Shown piece by piece: positions 1 through 8,271 of a DNA stretch of 52,638 bases; the first letter of the stretch is position 1, and the number at the start of each line of letters is the position of its first letter. Source of the DNA: a virus (taxonomy: Duplodnaviria > Caudoviricetes); IMG/VR virus record IMGVR_UViG_3300044846_006394, positions 1 through 52,638 of that record; one strand, 5' to 3'. The notes beneath the pieces are model-generated. The model saw nothing but the letters and a program-made list of their open reading frames with translations, searched no databases and was not told the origin of the DNA. The position numbers and the translations under genes are program-made.

Positions 1-933
1 ATGGCCGATGTGAAGCAGCAACTCCTCGATGGTCTTCAGACGCTGACCGCTTCGGTCGGTGACCTCGCGCAGTCGAGGCAGAACATCGTCGTGCGGGCGC
101 TCATCCTCCGCGACTCAGGCGTCCTCGCGGACCAGGCCGGTGTGGCCGACTATGACCGTGCGCGAATCGTCACACTGACTGCGGCGCAGTCGTTCGACAG
201 GGCGGTGGACAAGCTCCCGATGGACGCCCGCACCGCCGTGCAGAAGGCGTTCAACGACGCGGTCGCGAAGTACCCGGCGGTCAACATCTCCTCGACCTCG
301 TTCGCGGAGATCATCGAACTCGCGGTGCCGCCCGTTCCCGAGGCGCTCTTCTCCGCACAGAGCAGCGCGGCCATCGAAGCGGTGGTCGCCGTCGAGCAGG
401 CGCGGTACCCGAAGACCGGCCCCTCGGGCGCCGTGTCGGGCCTCGGCTTCGCGTTCTTCGGGCCGCTCATCACCGGCTGCGGTACGGCCATCGCGGCCAC
501 CGCTGCGGCGACCGCTGGCATCGGCGGCATCGTCGTCGCCATCGGATGCGTGGCGGCGGCGGTCTATCTCGCGGTCAAGGCGTATGACCTCGCGACCGCC
601 GGTATCGATGCGGTCGTTGACCTGTTCGCACAGGACGTTGCCGTGTCGCGCAACGAGACCGAGCGGGTCAAGGCGCTCACCGAGAACCTGACGCGGCTCG
701 ACGAACTGACGAAGGGCATGACCCCCGAGGAGAAGGCCGAGGTCATCAAGCAGTACACCGCGCAGGGGCTGAAGCAGCCGAAGGCCGACAGCGGCCTTCC
801 GTGGGGCGTCATCGCAACGGTCGCCGCCGGTGTCGGCCTCTACCTGTTTTGGCCCACGCTTGTCGGCAAGGCCCGCTCGTTCCGCGCTTCTCAGCCCGCC
901 GTGGCCGGTCTGCGGCGCCGTCGTCGGAGGTAG
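1..933 (+). CDS. Membrane protein, putative virion component
   Basis: Central Gly/Ala hydrophobic hairpin after VSGLG, C-terminal TM LPWGVIATVAAGVGLYLFW, ends VAGLRRRRRR. Confidence 0.75.
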   Translation: MADVKQQLLDGLQTLTASVGDLAQSRQNIVVRALILRDSGVLADQAGVADYDRARIVTLTAAQSFDRAVDKLPMDARTAVQKAFNDAVAKYPAVNISSTSFAEIIELAVPPVPEALFSAQSSAAIEAVVAVEQARYPKTGPSGAVSGLGFAFFGPLITGCGTAIAATAAATAGIGGIVVAIGCVAAAVYLAVKAYDLATAGIDAVVDLFAQDVAVSRNETERVKALTENLTRLDELTKGMTPEEKAEVIKQYTAQGLKQPKADSGLPWGVIATVAAGVGLYLFWPTLVGKARSFRASQPAVAGLRRRRRR

Positions 934-942
934 TCTCTGTCC

Positions 943-1269
943 ATGCTCACCGCACGACAGAACCTCATGGTCCGCTCGTCCCTTGCCATCGTGCAGAAGG
1001 TGGGGCCGTGGGGTCGCGGCGTCGAGGCTGACGGCGCGGGATACATCGAGGGCGCGAAGAACACAGGCTTCGACCAGGGCTTCGCCTGCGGCAACTGCGT
1101 TTTCATGCAGCCCGGACACCGCTGCGCCATCATCAAGGGGCGCATCGAGGAGGACGGCCTCTGCCGCCTCCATGTCATTCCGAACGACCGACTCACGCTC
1201 GGCGGTGCGCTGAGTGCGATGCCGAAGAACCGCATCGAGGCGACCATCGACGACGAGGAGAGTTCGTAA
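943..1269 (+). CDS. HiPIP-like 4-Cys iron-sulfur protein
   Basis: CGNCVF-x6-CAIIKGRIEEDGLC resembles the HiPIP Cys spacing and the GxI..G.C end. Confidence 0.55.
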   Translation: MLTARQNLMVRSSLAIVQKVGPWGRGVEADGAGYIEGAKNTGFDQGFACGNCVFMQPGHRCAIIKGRIEEDGLCRLHVIPNDRLTLGGALSAMPKNRIEATIDDEESS

Positions 1270-1316
1270 TGTCCAAGTACCAGCGGTTGGAGCGCAAGCT
1301 GAAGCGGGGCCGCTGA
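1269..1316 (+). CDS. 15-aa basic micro-ORF MSKYQRLERKLKRGR
   Basis: Overlaps both neighbours by one base (TAATG and TGATG). Confidence 0.45.
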   Translation: MSKYQRLERKLKRGR

Positions 1317-1849
1317 TGCGTAGGTCGGCCTCTTGCGGCCTCGGCAGCGCCGGAAAGACCCTCGACCGTGCCGAGGCCGTGGCCATCGAGGCCGTGCGCG
1401 AACTGGACCATCGAGGCGTCCGCGCCTGCATCGTCGGGGGTCTCGCGGTCGTCGAACATGGCTACGCTCGCGCCACCGCCGATGTGGATCTGATGGTTGT
1501 CGAGTCGCACCGCGTCACCGGCACGCCGCTCGGCATCCCCGGCGTGAGCATGGAGGGCTGGGACGTTCCTGTGGATGTCCTCTACATCGACCCGAAGGCG
1601 TCGTTCCTGCGAGACGAGGTCATTGCGGCCTCGGGGCGCACGCCGCCGGTCCTCGCGCTGGAGCCGCTCATCTTTCTCAAGCTCTCGGCCTATCGCATGA
1701 AGGACCGCGCCGACATCGTCGAGCTTCTCAAGGTGGACATGGCTCGCGTCGAGGTGGTGCGTCGGTGGCTTGCGCGGCACGTTTCTGCCGACTTGCGCGA
1801 GCGGTTCGAGCGGGCCGTCGCGGCGGCAACCGAGGAGTTGGCAGAGTAG
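1316..1849 (+). CDS. Nucleotidyltransferase (AbiEii/MNT-like) with short MRRSASCGLG leader
   Basis: IVGGLAV..HGYARATADVDL motif; LKL...R.KD.AD near C-terminus; start placed at the coupled ATG 1316. Confidence 0.75.
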   Translation: MRRSASCGLGSAGKTLDRAEAVAIEAVRELDHRGVRACIVGGLAVVEHGYARATADVDLMVVESHRVTGTPLGIPGVSMEGWDVPVDVLYIDPKASFLRDEVIAASGRTPPVLALEPLIFLKLSAYRMKDRADIVELLKVDMARVEVVRRWLARHVSADLRERFERAVAAATEELAE

Positions 1850-2115
1850 CGACCGGCTCAGCTACCATCGGCGCAGGGGAAGAAGGGTTCCCCATGTCCG
1901 AAGACACTCGCCCCATCTGCCCTTGGCGCCTCGACGCCGAGGGCTTCACCTCCGATGTCGGAGAGCCGCCCGGAGGGTGCCGACTCCCCCCCGGTTTCAA
2001 GGGCTGGGTCTTTCGGGAGGCGCCGCCGGAAACAACCACCGCATGGCAGGAACCGCCCCCGCGTGCGAAACTGGTGCCCCGCAAAGCCGTGAAAGCGGCC
2101 CACAGAGAGGTTCCC

Positions 2116-2670
2116 ATGTCGTTCCCCGTGTCCAACCCTGTCGCCGCCGTCGCGCCCGCTGACGACGCTCCTGCGGCCTCCCCTGCCGCACTCACCGCCT
2201 CGGTCGGCGTTCCTGCTGTCCCGTCCGCTGACGACCTTTCCCGCATTGCTGCACAGGCTGGCGGCGGAGCCACCGGCATCGTCATGGCGCTCGTCGCCGT
2301 CGTGGGCGGCGGCGGCGCCGTGTGGAAGTACCTGCAAAGCAAGCAGAAGGCTTCCGCGAAGAAGGACGAACTCGCGCATGAGCAGCGGATGAAGGAACTG
2401 GAGCTACAGGCCGACAATCAGAAGCGCGACGACGACAAGCATGGCGAGTGCGAGTCCAAGCGTGCGGCCCTCGGGGCCAAGGTCGAGAGCGCCGAGTCCC
2501 AGCTTCGGCTTGCGGAGCAGGCGCTGTCGAACCTGCGTGACCAAGTTGCCGCTCTGTCGGGCAAAATCGACAGCAGCAACGAGACCACCGACGACTACAC
2601 CAGCGTCCTCTCCAAGCGGATCACCAAGCTGGAGACCGCCGTGAAGGCGAAGAAGAAAGAGGACAAGTGA
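2116..2670 (+). CDS. Single-TM coiled-coil protein (alternative in-frame start at 1894)
   Basis: GAGAGG RBS before 2116; TM GIVMALVAVVGGGGAVW then charged coiled coil. Confidence 0.65.
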   Translation: MSFPVSNPVAAVAPADDAPAASPAALTASVGVPAVPSADDLSRIAAQAGGGATGIVMALVAVVGGGGAVWKYLQSKQKASAKKDELAHEQRMKELELQADNQKRDDDKHGECESKRAALGAKVESAESQLRLAEQALSNLRDQVAALSGKIDSSNETTDDYTSVLSKRITKLETAVKAKKKEDK

Positions 2671-2954
2671 TGGGCTTCTTCATTGCGTTCCTCGGCATGG
2701 TCGCTGCGGCCATCGTCTACGCCTTCAAGGTCATCAGCGGTCAGACGAGAGAGGCCGAAGAGGCCGAGAAGAAGGCCGAAGAGGCCGGGGAGAAAGTCGA
2801 AGAGGCCAAGGCCGAAGTGAGCAACGTCGAGCGGGCCACCGCTCTCGTCCACGCCGAGGTCGAGAAGCGCCTCGCGGACCTGGACAAGCACATCGCGGAA
2901 GAGCGCGCCCGCGACACGGTCGATGTCGCGAACGACATCATCGGGGAGAAATGA
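2667..2954 (+). CDS. N-terminally anchored coiled-coil protein (possibly spanin-like)
   Basis: N-terminal TM, EK-rich helix, overlaps upstream stop. Confidence 0.65.
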   Translation: MMGFFIAFLGMVAAAIVYAFKVISGQTREAEEAEKKAEEAGEKVEEAKAEVSNVERATALVHAEVEKRLADLDKHIAEERARDTVDVANDIIGEK

Positions 2955-3256
2955 CCATGTCGAAGGAACTGGAACTGACGCTGATGGAGCGTCGGTGGGT
3001 CGCGCAGGAAGGGCGTGACGGCGAGTGGGATGCCGGTCACGCTGCGGACCCCGACGACGTTCCGACCGTCGCTGAACTGGTCGAGTCCTACATGGAGTCA
3101 ACGTCGCGCCAGTTCGATGAACTGGACGACGGGTCGAAGCCCCGCGCCGCCGTCGTGCGAATGGGCGCACAGGCGTGGGCCGAGAACTGGCACATCTACG
3201 CACTGCGGCTGAAGCGTTCCTACGACGAGCGCCGTCGTCGTGACGAGGAGGGCTGA
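2951..3256 (+). CDS. Hypothetical protein
   Basis: ATGA overlap, coding-like composition. Confidence 0.6.
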   Translation: MTMSKELELTLMERRWVAQEGRDGEWDAGHAADPDDVPTVAELVESYMESTSRQFDELDDGSKPRAAVVRMGAQAWAENWHIYALRLKRSYDERRRRDEEG

Positions 3257-3257
3257 T

Positions 3258-4103
3258 ATGACGAAGCGTCGTCGGAACCTGCACGGTCTCGGGGCCGTCG
3301 AGGGCGAGAAGGTCGAGTACTTCCTGCCCGCGTCTATCGTGAACGCACTGGGCGGCGGAAAGGCCATCGCGTTCTGTGCCTCGAACGTCGAGGACTATCT
3401 GCCGGTCCTTGAGTACAAGTCGAAGGTGGCGGCGCGAAAGTCCGAGCGGGCCGCGCAGACTGCGGAGCGCCTCAACGACCCCAAGTTCCGAGCGGGCTGG
3501 AGCGAGAGCTACACCGCAGTCATCGAGCGCAAGGCGGCGGGACAGGCCCGAGCCGCGAAGACGCGGGCCAAGGCGGGCGACATCTTCACGCAGACCGCCG
3601 ACGAGATTCGCAAAGACCTCGCCGCCATTCGCGCCAAGGGCATCACCGGCCCCATTCCTGCGTGCGTCTACCGCACGACGGGCAAGTACGGCGACCGGCT
3701 CAAGAGCGCCGAGAAGCGGGCGAATGTCAGCCATGAACGGTTCCACGCTGACGCTCGCCGCGAGGAGTACAAGCTCGGCGTGCCGAGGCACTCCTGCGAC
3801 AGCAAGATTGCAAAGGTGCTGGAGCCGCTGTTCGACCCGGAACTGGTGAGGTTCTCGCGGACCTACTGGTCCCCGAGTGGCCGCGCTTCCGCCGAGGAAA
3901 TCCTCGCTCGGGCCGAAGAGGTCATCCACGCCTGCAACGCCTCGACCTCCGACTGCACCGAGGTCATCGGGCGCGTGAACGATTGGTTCGTTTCCAAGAA
4001 GAAGCCGGAACTGGCGCAGTCGTTCGTCGAGGCGGTCGCCGGGGTGAAGGCGAAACACGCAACTCCGCTCGCCGCGTTCCGCGCTGCGTGCAAGGTGAAG
4101 TGA
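3258..4103 (+). CDS. Basic protein with MTKRRRNLHGLG leader
   Basis: GAGGAGG RBS; Arg-rich leader followed by LHGLG. Confidence 0.7.
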   Translation: MTKRRRNLHGLGAVEGEKVEYFLPASIVNALGGGKAIAFCASNVEDYLPVLEYKSKVAARKSERAAQTAERLNDPKFRAGWSESYTAVIERKAAGQARAAKTRAKAGDIFTQTADEIRKDLAAIRAKGITGPIPACVYRTTGKYGDRLKSAEKRANVSHERFHADARREEYKLGVPRHSCDSKIAKVLEPLFDPELVRFSRTYWSPSGRASAEEILARAEEVIHACNASTSDCTEVIGRVNDWFVSKKKPELAQSFVEAVAGVKAKHATPLAAFRAACKVK

Positions 4104-4294
4104 TGGCTCCGCTGTACTCGTGGAAATGCCCCTCGGGCCACCACTTCGACCAGCCGGTCAAGCTCGACCTCTCGGACGCCCCGGTCGCGTGCGACTTCCC
4201 GATGCCCGAAGGCGTGCCCTGTGCTCAGCCCGTCGAGCGCACGCTGACGGCCCCGTCGCGCTCGTTCCCCGGCGCCGATAGCTGGAGGCGCTGA
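4103..4294 (+). CDS. FmdB-like zinc-ribbon protein
   Basis: MAPLYSWKCPSGHHFD...C...C...RTLTAP pattern; TGATG coupling. Confidence 0.65.
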   Translation: MAPLYSWKCPSGHHFDQPVKLDLSDAPVACDFPMPEGVPCAQPVERTLTAPSRSFPGADSWRR

Positions 4295-4722
4295 TGGCAC
4301 TCGGGCGCCTCATCTTCGATGCGAAGGGGTCGGGCAGCTACTTGCTCGTCTACCGGCTAGAGGACGCGAAGGGGTTGGGCCTTTATCGTGGGCGCTGGCG
4401 CATCCAAGAGACCATCGAAGAGTGGGCCTACGAGAACGGCTTCGGTGACGAGTGGAACGCAGAAGCTCTCGAGTATGACTACGGTCAACCACTCCCCGAA
4501 TCCGACTTCGTTCGTTCCGAATGGGCGGGCCTCTCAGAGGCAGAACGCAGCCGATTCCTCTTCGGCTTTCCCGACGCAGACGGTGCGCGTGCCTGGTTTG
4601 GGCCGGTGCGCCTGCGTATCTACGAGCGGTTTGGCTTCCACGTTGTGCCTCGCAAGGCCCGCAAAGCGTACCTGTCCAAGTCGAAGCGCCAGTTGATATT
4701 CCTGCCCTACGAAGGAGACTGA
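4294..4722 (+). CDS. Hypothetical phage protein (VYRLE...GLY...P.P...FGF...WF; possibly ADP-ribosyltransferase-like fold)
   Basis: Coupled ORF; the fold suggestion is a weak inference from motif order. Confidence 0.5.
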   Translation: MALGRLIFDAKGSGSYLLVYRLEDAKGLGLYRGRWRIQETIEEWAYENGFGDEWNAEALEYDYGQPLPESDFVRSEWAGLSEAERSRFLFGFPDADGARAWFGPVRLRIYERFGFHVVPRKARKAYLSKSKRQLIFLPYEGD

Positions 4723-4724
4723 AG

Positions 4725-4937
4725 ATGCGCCAACTCGCTGCCAGCCCCGAAGCCTCACCGTCGCTGTTCCCGCTCGCGTTGACTGCCGCAGCGGTCATCG
4801 CGGCCATCGAATACCCCATCTCCCAGTACTACTCGACGGTCCCGCCGACGACGACCGCGAAGCGGATGGCGATTGCGGGCGGCATGGCCTTCGTCGCAGT
4901 CCTCGTTGCAGGCGCGTTCCTGCGCCGAAAAGACTGA
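4725..4937 (+). CDS. Small two-TM protein (holin candidate)
   Basis: AAGGAG RBS, two hydrophobic segments, basic C-terminus, upstream of endolysin. Confidence 0.55.
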   Translation: MRQLAASPEASPSLFPLALTAAAVIAAIEYPISQYYSTVPPTTTAKRMAIAGGMAFVAVLVAGAFLRRKD

Positions 4938-5380
4938 TGCGCCTCTTCGTCGCCACAGTCTTCCTCGCGTGCGCCCCGCTGCTGGCACGGGCCGAAGAGC
5001 AGCCGTGCAAGGCCAGTGGGGCCACGGTCGTCTGCCAGCGGGCGGGGTTCGACACGCTCGTCGGGAAGCTGCTCGACGCACGCAAGGCGGCGCAGGAATG
5101 CGTACTGCGGTCAGAATCGAGTACTGCCGACGCCACAGTACTCAAAACGAGGCTCAGCCTCGCCAGTGCCGAGCGTGACAAGGCGCTCGCGGATGTCACG
5201 GTCCTGCGGTCGAGGCCGGTTCCCTACGGGCGCCGCCTCGCCGCCGTGGGCCTCGGAACGGTGAGCGGGTTGGCGGGGTCGCTCGGAGCGAGTGCATCAT
5301 CCGAGGTTGCAACGGCGAGCCTTTTCTCCGTTGCCATCGTGAGCGCGGCCACGGCGGTCGTCCTCGTTCTCTCGGAGTGA
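4937..5380 (+). CDS. Signal-peptide coiled-coil protein with C-terminal TM (spanin-like candidate)
   Basis: Sec-type leader ending ARA, coiled coil, hydrophobic C-terminus, next to endolysin. Confidence 0.55.
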   Translation: MRLFVATVFLACAPLLARAEEQPCKASGATVVCQRAGFDTLVGKLLDARKAAQECVLRSESSTADATVLKTRLSLASAERDKALADVTVLRSRPVPYGRRLAAVGLGTVSGLAGSLGASASSEVATASLFSVAIVSAATAVVLVLSE

Positions 5381-5383
5381 GCC

Positions 5384-6058
5384 ATGACCCTGTCCCTTGC
5401 GAAGCCCCTCCCGAAGGGCGCCGAATACCTTGCCGATGTCGCTGAGAAGGCGGGCGTTGACGGCCACGTTTCGCCCTACCTGCTCCTCGGCATCTGCTAC
5501 GCCGAGAGCGCCTTCGGCGCGGCGCTGAAGCCCCCGACGCCCGAGGGCAGCGGCGACTTCATCGCTCGCCCGGCGACCCCCGACCGCAACGCGAAGATGG
5601 CGAAGCAGCCGCTTCCCGGCGTCGTGAGGAAGGTGCTGCCCGAGGGCATCAAGGCGCGGAAACTCGCAGGGCCGGTCGATGCGTGGGTGCCGACGACGAC
5701 CGGCTGGGGCTGCGGCCTGATGCAGTTCGACTACGAAGCCCACTTCGACTTCTGCGCGAGCGGTGCGTGGAAAGACCCCGCGAAGGTCTTCGCGCAGGCG
5801 TGCAAGCTGCTCACGGGCAACCGCAAGTACATCGCGGGCAAGCTCCCGAAGCTCGACGCCGCTGCGCTCGCTCACGCGACCATCGCCTCCTACAACGCGG
5901 GCGCGGGGCGCGTCGTGAAGTTCCTCACCGAGGGCAAGGCGCTGGACGCCGCTACGTTCCATCCGGGCTACGTCGCGAAGATCTGCGCGAAAGCCGAAGA
6001 CCTCGCGGGCGCCTCAGGGGCGTGGATGTTCCCCACGGCGCCGGTCCCGATGGTGTAG
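5384..6058 (+). CDS. Lytic transglycosylase / lysozyme-like endolysin
   Basis: AES catalytic Glu motif, GLMQ, ASYNAG and terminal Y motifs; no TM. Confidence 0.85.
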   Translation: MTLSLAKPLPKGAEYLADVAEKAGVDGHVSPYLLLGICYAESAFGAALKPPTPEGSGDFIARPATPDRNAKMAKQPLPGVVRKVLPEGIKARKLAGPVDAWVPTTTGWGCGLMQFDYEAHFDFCASGAWKDPAKVFAQACKLLTGNRKYIAGKLPKLDAAALAHATIASYNAGAGRVVKFLTEGKALDAATFHPGYVAKICAKAEDLAGASGAWMFPTAPVPMV

Positions 6059-6061
6059 CCG

Positions 6062-6763
6062 GTGGGCAACCTCGACAGTCGTCGCATCCTGTTCATCGGG
6101 GACTCGCTCTCGGTCGCCAACTTCGGCCCTCGGCTGGAGGGCAACCTCGCGGCGCAAGGCGCCGAGGTGCTGCGTGACGCAAAGGTCGGGCGGTCGGTGC
6201 GCTGGTTCTATGCGAACGGCGGGAAGCTCGACGCCGGTCGCCTCCCTGGCCTCGTTCGCGACATCGACCCGACCGATGTCGTCATGGCCCTCGGGACGAA
6301 CGACGCAGGCTTCGGCCCCGCTGACGGCCTCAAGTGGTGGTCCCGATTCATGGGGGACATCCGCAAGGACGCAAGCGGCCCCGTCCGCTTCTACTGGGTG
6401 ACGCCGCCCGAGTTCGACGAGCGGGCGGGCAAGGTGAAGACGAACGTCGAGGCCATCCGAGAGCCTCTTGCCGCCCTGTTCGACGGCGTCGTGGACTCAC
6501 AGCCGCTGACGCTCGACCTCACGCTCCCGCCGCAGGGTCGCTCCTCGGACTACATCCACTTCGCGAAGAAGGCGGCAGGCGAGCTTTGGGCCGACCGGGT
6601 GACCGAGCAACTGCTCAGCGTCCTGCATGGAACTACTCAGCCGCCGAAGACCGGCATGAACGAACCGCCGATGCTGCCGCCCAAGTCGAACGCCTCGGCG
6701 GTCGCCCTCGTTGGCGGCGTCATTGCGCTTGCCATCCTCCTCGCGAGGCTCACGCGCCGGTGA
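6062..6763 (+). CDS. SGNH/GDSL hydrolase with C-terminal TM anchor
   Basis: FIGDSL, G, LGTND and DYIH blocks; C-terminal TM followed by RR. Confidence 0.85.
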   Translation: MGNLDSRRILFIGDSLSVANFGPRLEGNLAAQGAEVLRDAKVGRSVRWFYANGGKLDAGRLPGLVRDIDPTDVVMALGTNDAGFGPADGLKWWSRFMGDIRKDASGPVRFYWVTPPEFDERAGKVKTNVEAIREPLAALFDGVVDSQPLTLDLTLPPQGRSSDYIHFAKKAAGELWADRVTEQLLSVLHGTTQPPKTGMNEPPMLPPKSNASAVALVGGVIALAILLARLTRR

Positions 6764-6769
6764 CCGTTC

Positions 6770-6804
6770 GCCCACATTGAAAAATCGGAACCTCGCGGCA
6801 GACT
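6770..6804 (+). promoter_or_regulatory. Repeated late-promoter element, copy 1
   Basis: GCCCACATTGAAAAATC exact at 6770, 7861 and 8209; TTGAAA-N16-CAGACT. Confidence 0.65.
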
Positions 6805-6870
6805 GCTCACGCTCCCCGAACGCGGGAGCCGCCTCGGCAGGTCGCTGGGGATGAACGCTCGGAGTCTCTC

Positions 6871-7320
6871 ATGGCCGTTCTTACCCTCACCGCTGCTGCA
6901 ATGCCCCAGGTTGGCGCCAACGACGTCGTCGGCGATGTCGCCTCGACCCCCACCAGCTACGTCTTCGACGGCGTGAAGGCTGCGAAGAACAGCAACGGCA
7001 CCAACAGCGCCTCCTACACCTACGCGGGCGGCTCGGTCGGCGCCGACACCATCGCGAACGCGGAGCTTCTCAAGGGCGTCTACGACAGCGCCACGCAGAT
7101 TGCCTCGTCGCCGCGCCTGTACGAGTTCCTCTCGGCCAGCTACGTCACGCAGGTTGCGCTCGACGCGGCCATCGCGGCCCTCGGTATCGTGCAGTCGTCC
7201 AACGGCGCCTCGCTCCTGCGCTTCGTGACGGCGGCTCCGGGCGTCCCGACCGCGACCATCACGACGCAGGCCGCGACCGGCTCCATCCGCATCGCGCTCG
7301 GCGCCAGCATCGGCGCGTAG
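6871..7320 (+). CDS. Ala/Thr/Ser-rich structural protein
   Basis: Own promoter repeat, GGAG RBS and downstream terminator. Confidence 0.7.
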   Translation: MAVLTLTAAAMPQVGANDVVGDVASTPTSYVFDGVKAAKNSNGTNSASYTYAGGSVGADTIANAELLKGVYDSATQIASSPRLYEFLSASYVTQVALDAAIAALGIVQSSNGASLLRFVTAAPGVPTATITTQAATGSIRIALGASIGA

Positions 7321-7357
7321 TTCGCGCTCCCATCTTCGGGCCTCCCCTCCCGAGGAA

Positions 7358-7403
7358 GCTGCGCCCCCCTCGGCCCCTGCGCCGGTGGGGGCGCAGCCCT
7401 TTT
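7358..7403 (+). terminator. Intrinsic terminator
   Basis: GCTGCGCCCCC/GGGGGCGCAGC stem then CCTTTT. Confidence 0.6.
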
Positions 7404-7419
7404 CAGCCCCGGAGGAACC

Positions 7420-7845
7420 ATGCCGTGCATCAAAGGACGAACCGACTCAGCCCTGTGGGAAGCCGCCAAGGCAACAGCGCGTCAGCGGGCCTGCCGGAAG
7501 AACAGCGCACGCTGCGGAACATGGGACGCTCGCATGGCGCAGGACTCAGGCCGCATCTACCGCGAGCAGGGTGGCGGCTATTGCGGCGAGCGCACCAAGG
7601 CCCAGCGGTCGATGAAGAAATGGACCGGCGAGAAATGGACGACCGCCTCGGGCCGACCTGCGTGCGAGCGCGTGACGAAGTCGGGAACCTGCGCCGACCG
7701 ATACCTTCCCGCCGCCGCGTGGACCTCGCTCACGCCCGCTGAACGACGCGCCACACAGGCTGCAAAAGCGCGCGGCAAGAAGCAGTTCGTCCCCAACGCA
7801 CCTGCCGCAAAACGAGCCGGTCGAAAGGCGCGTCGAACCCGCTGA
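7420..7845 (+). CDS. DUF5872-like basic protein
   Basis: W.AR.AQ...Y...GGGY, WT.E.W.T, RYLP..AW..L...E..AT and KQFVPN motifs recalled from this family. Confidence 0.65.
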   Translation: MPCIKGRTDSALWEAAKATARQRACRKNSARCGTWDARMAQDSGRIYREQGGGYCGERTKAQRSMKKWTGEKWTTASGRPACERVTKSGTCADRYLPAAAWTSLTPAERRATQAAKARGKKQFVPNAPAAKRAGRKARRTR

Positions 7846-7860
7846 CATATGTCAGCGTTC

Positions 7861-7895
7861 GCCCACATTGAAAAATCCGACAGACGTTCAAGACT
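7861..7895 (+). promoter_or_regulatory. Repeated late-promoter element, copy 2
   Basis: Same 17-mer; TTGAAA-N16-AAGACT. Confidence 0.65.
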
Positions 7896-7941
7896 GCCCT
7901 CCGACCATCGGGCCAAGTTGGCCCATCACAGGAGGTCACGA

Positions 7942-8166
7942 ATGCGTCGTCGTCGTCGTCGGTACGGAATGAGCGGACTCGGCGCTCGCGTAGGCGAGTG
8001 CGAGATCCATGTCTTCTCTTCGGGCAAGCGCCGCAAGGTCTGCGCGAAGCCCAAGCGCAAGGTGAGCGCCGCGCAGAAGCGCGTGCTGGTCGCCCGCCTC
8101 AAGGCGTCGGCCTGCAAGAAGACCGGCTCGCTCCCGAAGGGCCTCAAGGCCTGGTGCAAGTCGTAG
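7942..8166 (+). CDS. Protamine-like basic Cys-containing core protein
   Basis: GGAGG RBS; MRRRRRRYGMSGLG leader; K/R-rich. Confidence 0.75.
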   Translation: MRRRRRRYGMSGLGARVGECEIHVFSSGKRRKVCAKPKRKVSAAQKRVLVARLKASACKKTGSLPKGLKAWCKS

Positions 8167-8208
8167 TTCCCGTGTGGGCTGGTCAGCCGCCTTTCGCGGA
8201 AACCGTCT

Positions 8209-8247
8209 GCCCACATTGAAAAATCCGAGGACTCTTTCAGAGTCCTC
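8209..8247 (+). promoter_or_regulatory. Repeated late-promoter element, copy 3, overlapping a perfect 9-bp inverted repeat
   Basis: 17-mer then GAGGACTCT-TTC-AGAGTCCTC. Confidence 0.65.
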
Positions 8248-8271
8248 ACAACGCACGAAAGGAGAAGTCAC

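Noticed and set aside
115-1431. Long antisense or alternative-frame ORFs (also 2595-4058, 7936-9294, 9730-11433, 19119-21185, 33795-35153, 36895-38394, 43585-45117)
   Set aside because: Shadow ORFs typical of high-GC DNA; they overlap well-supported genes and have no RBS or motifs
6765-8228. 17-nt repeats as a CRISPR array
   Set aside because: Irregular spacing with whole genes between copies; no cas operon
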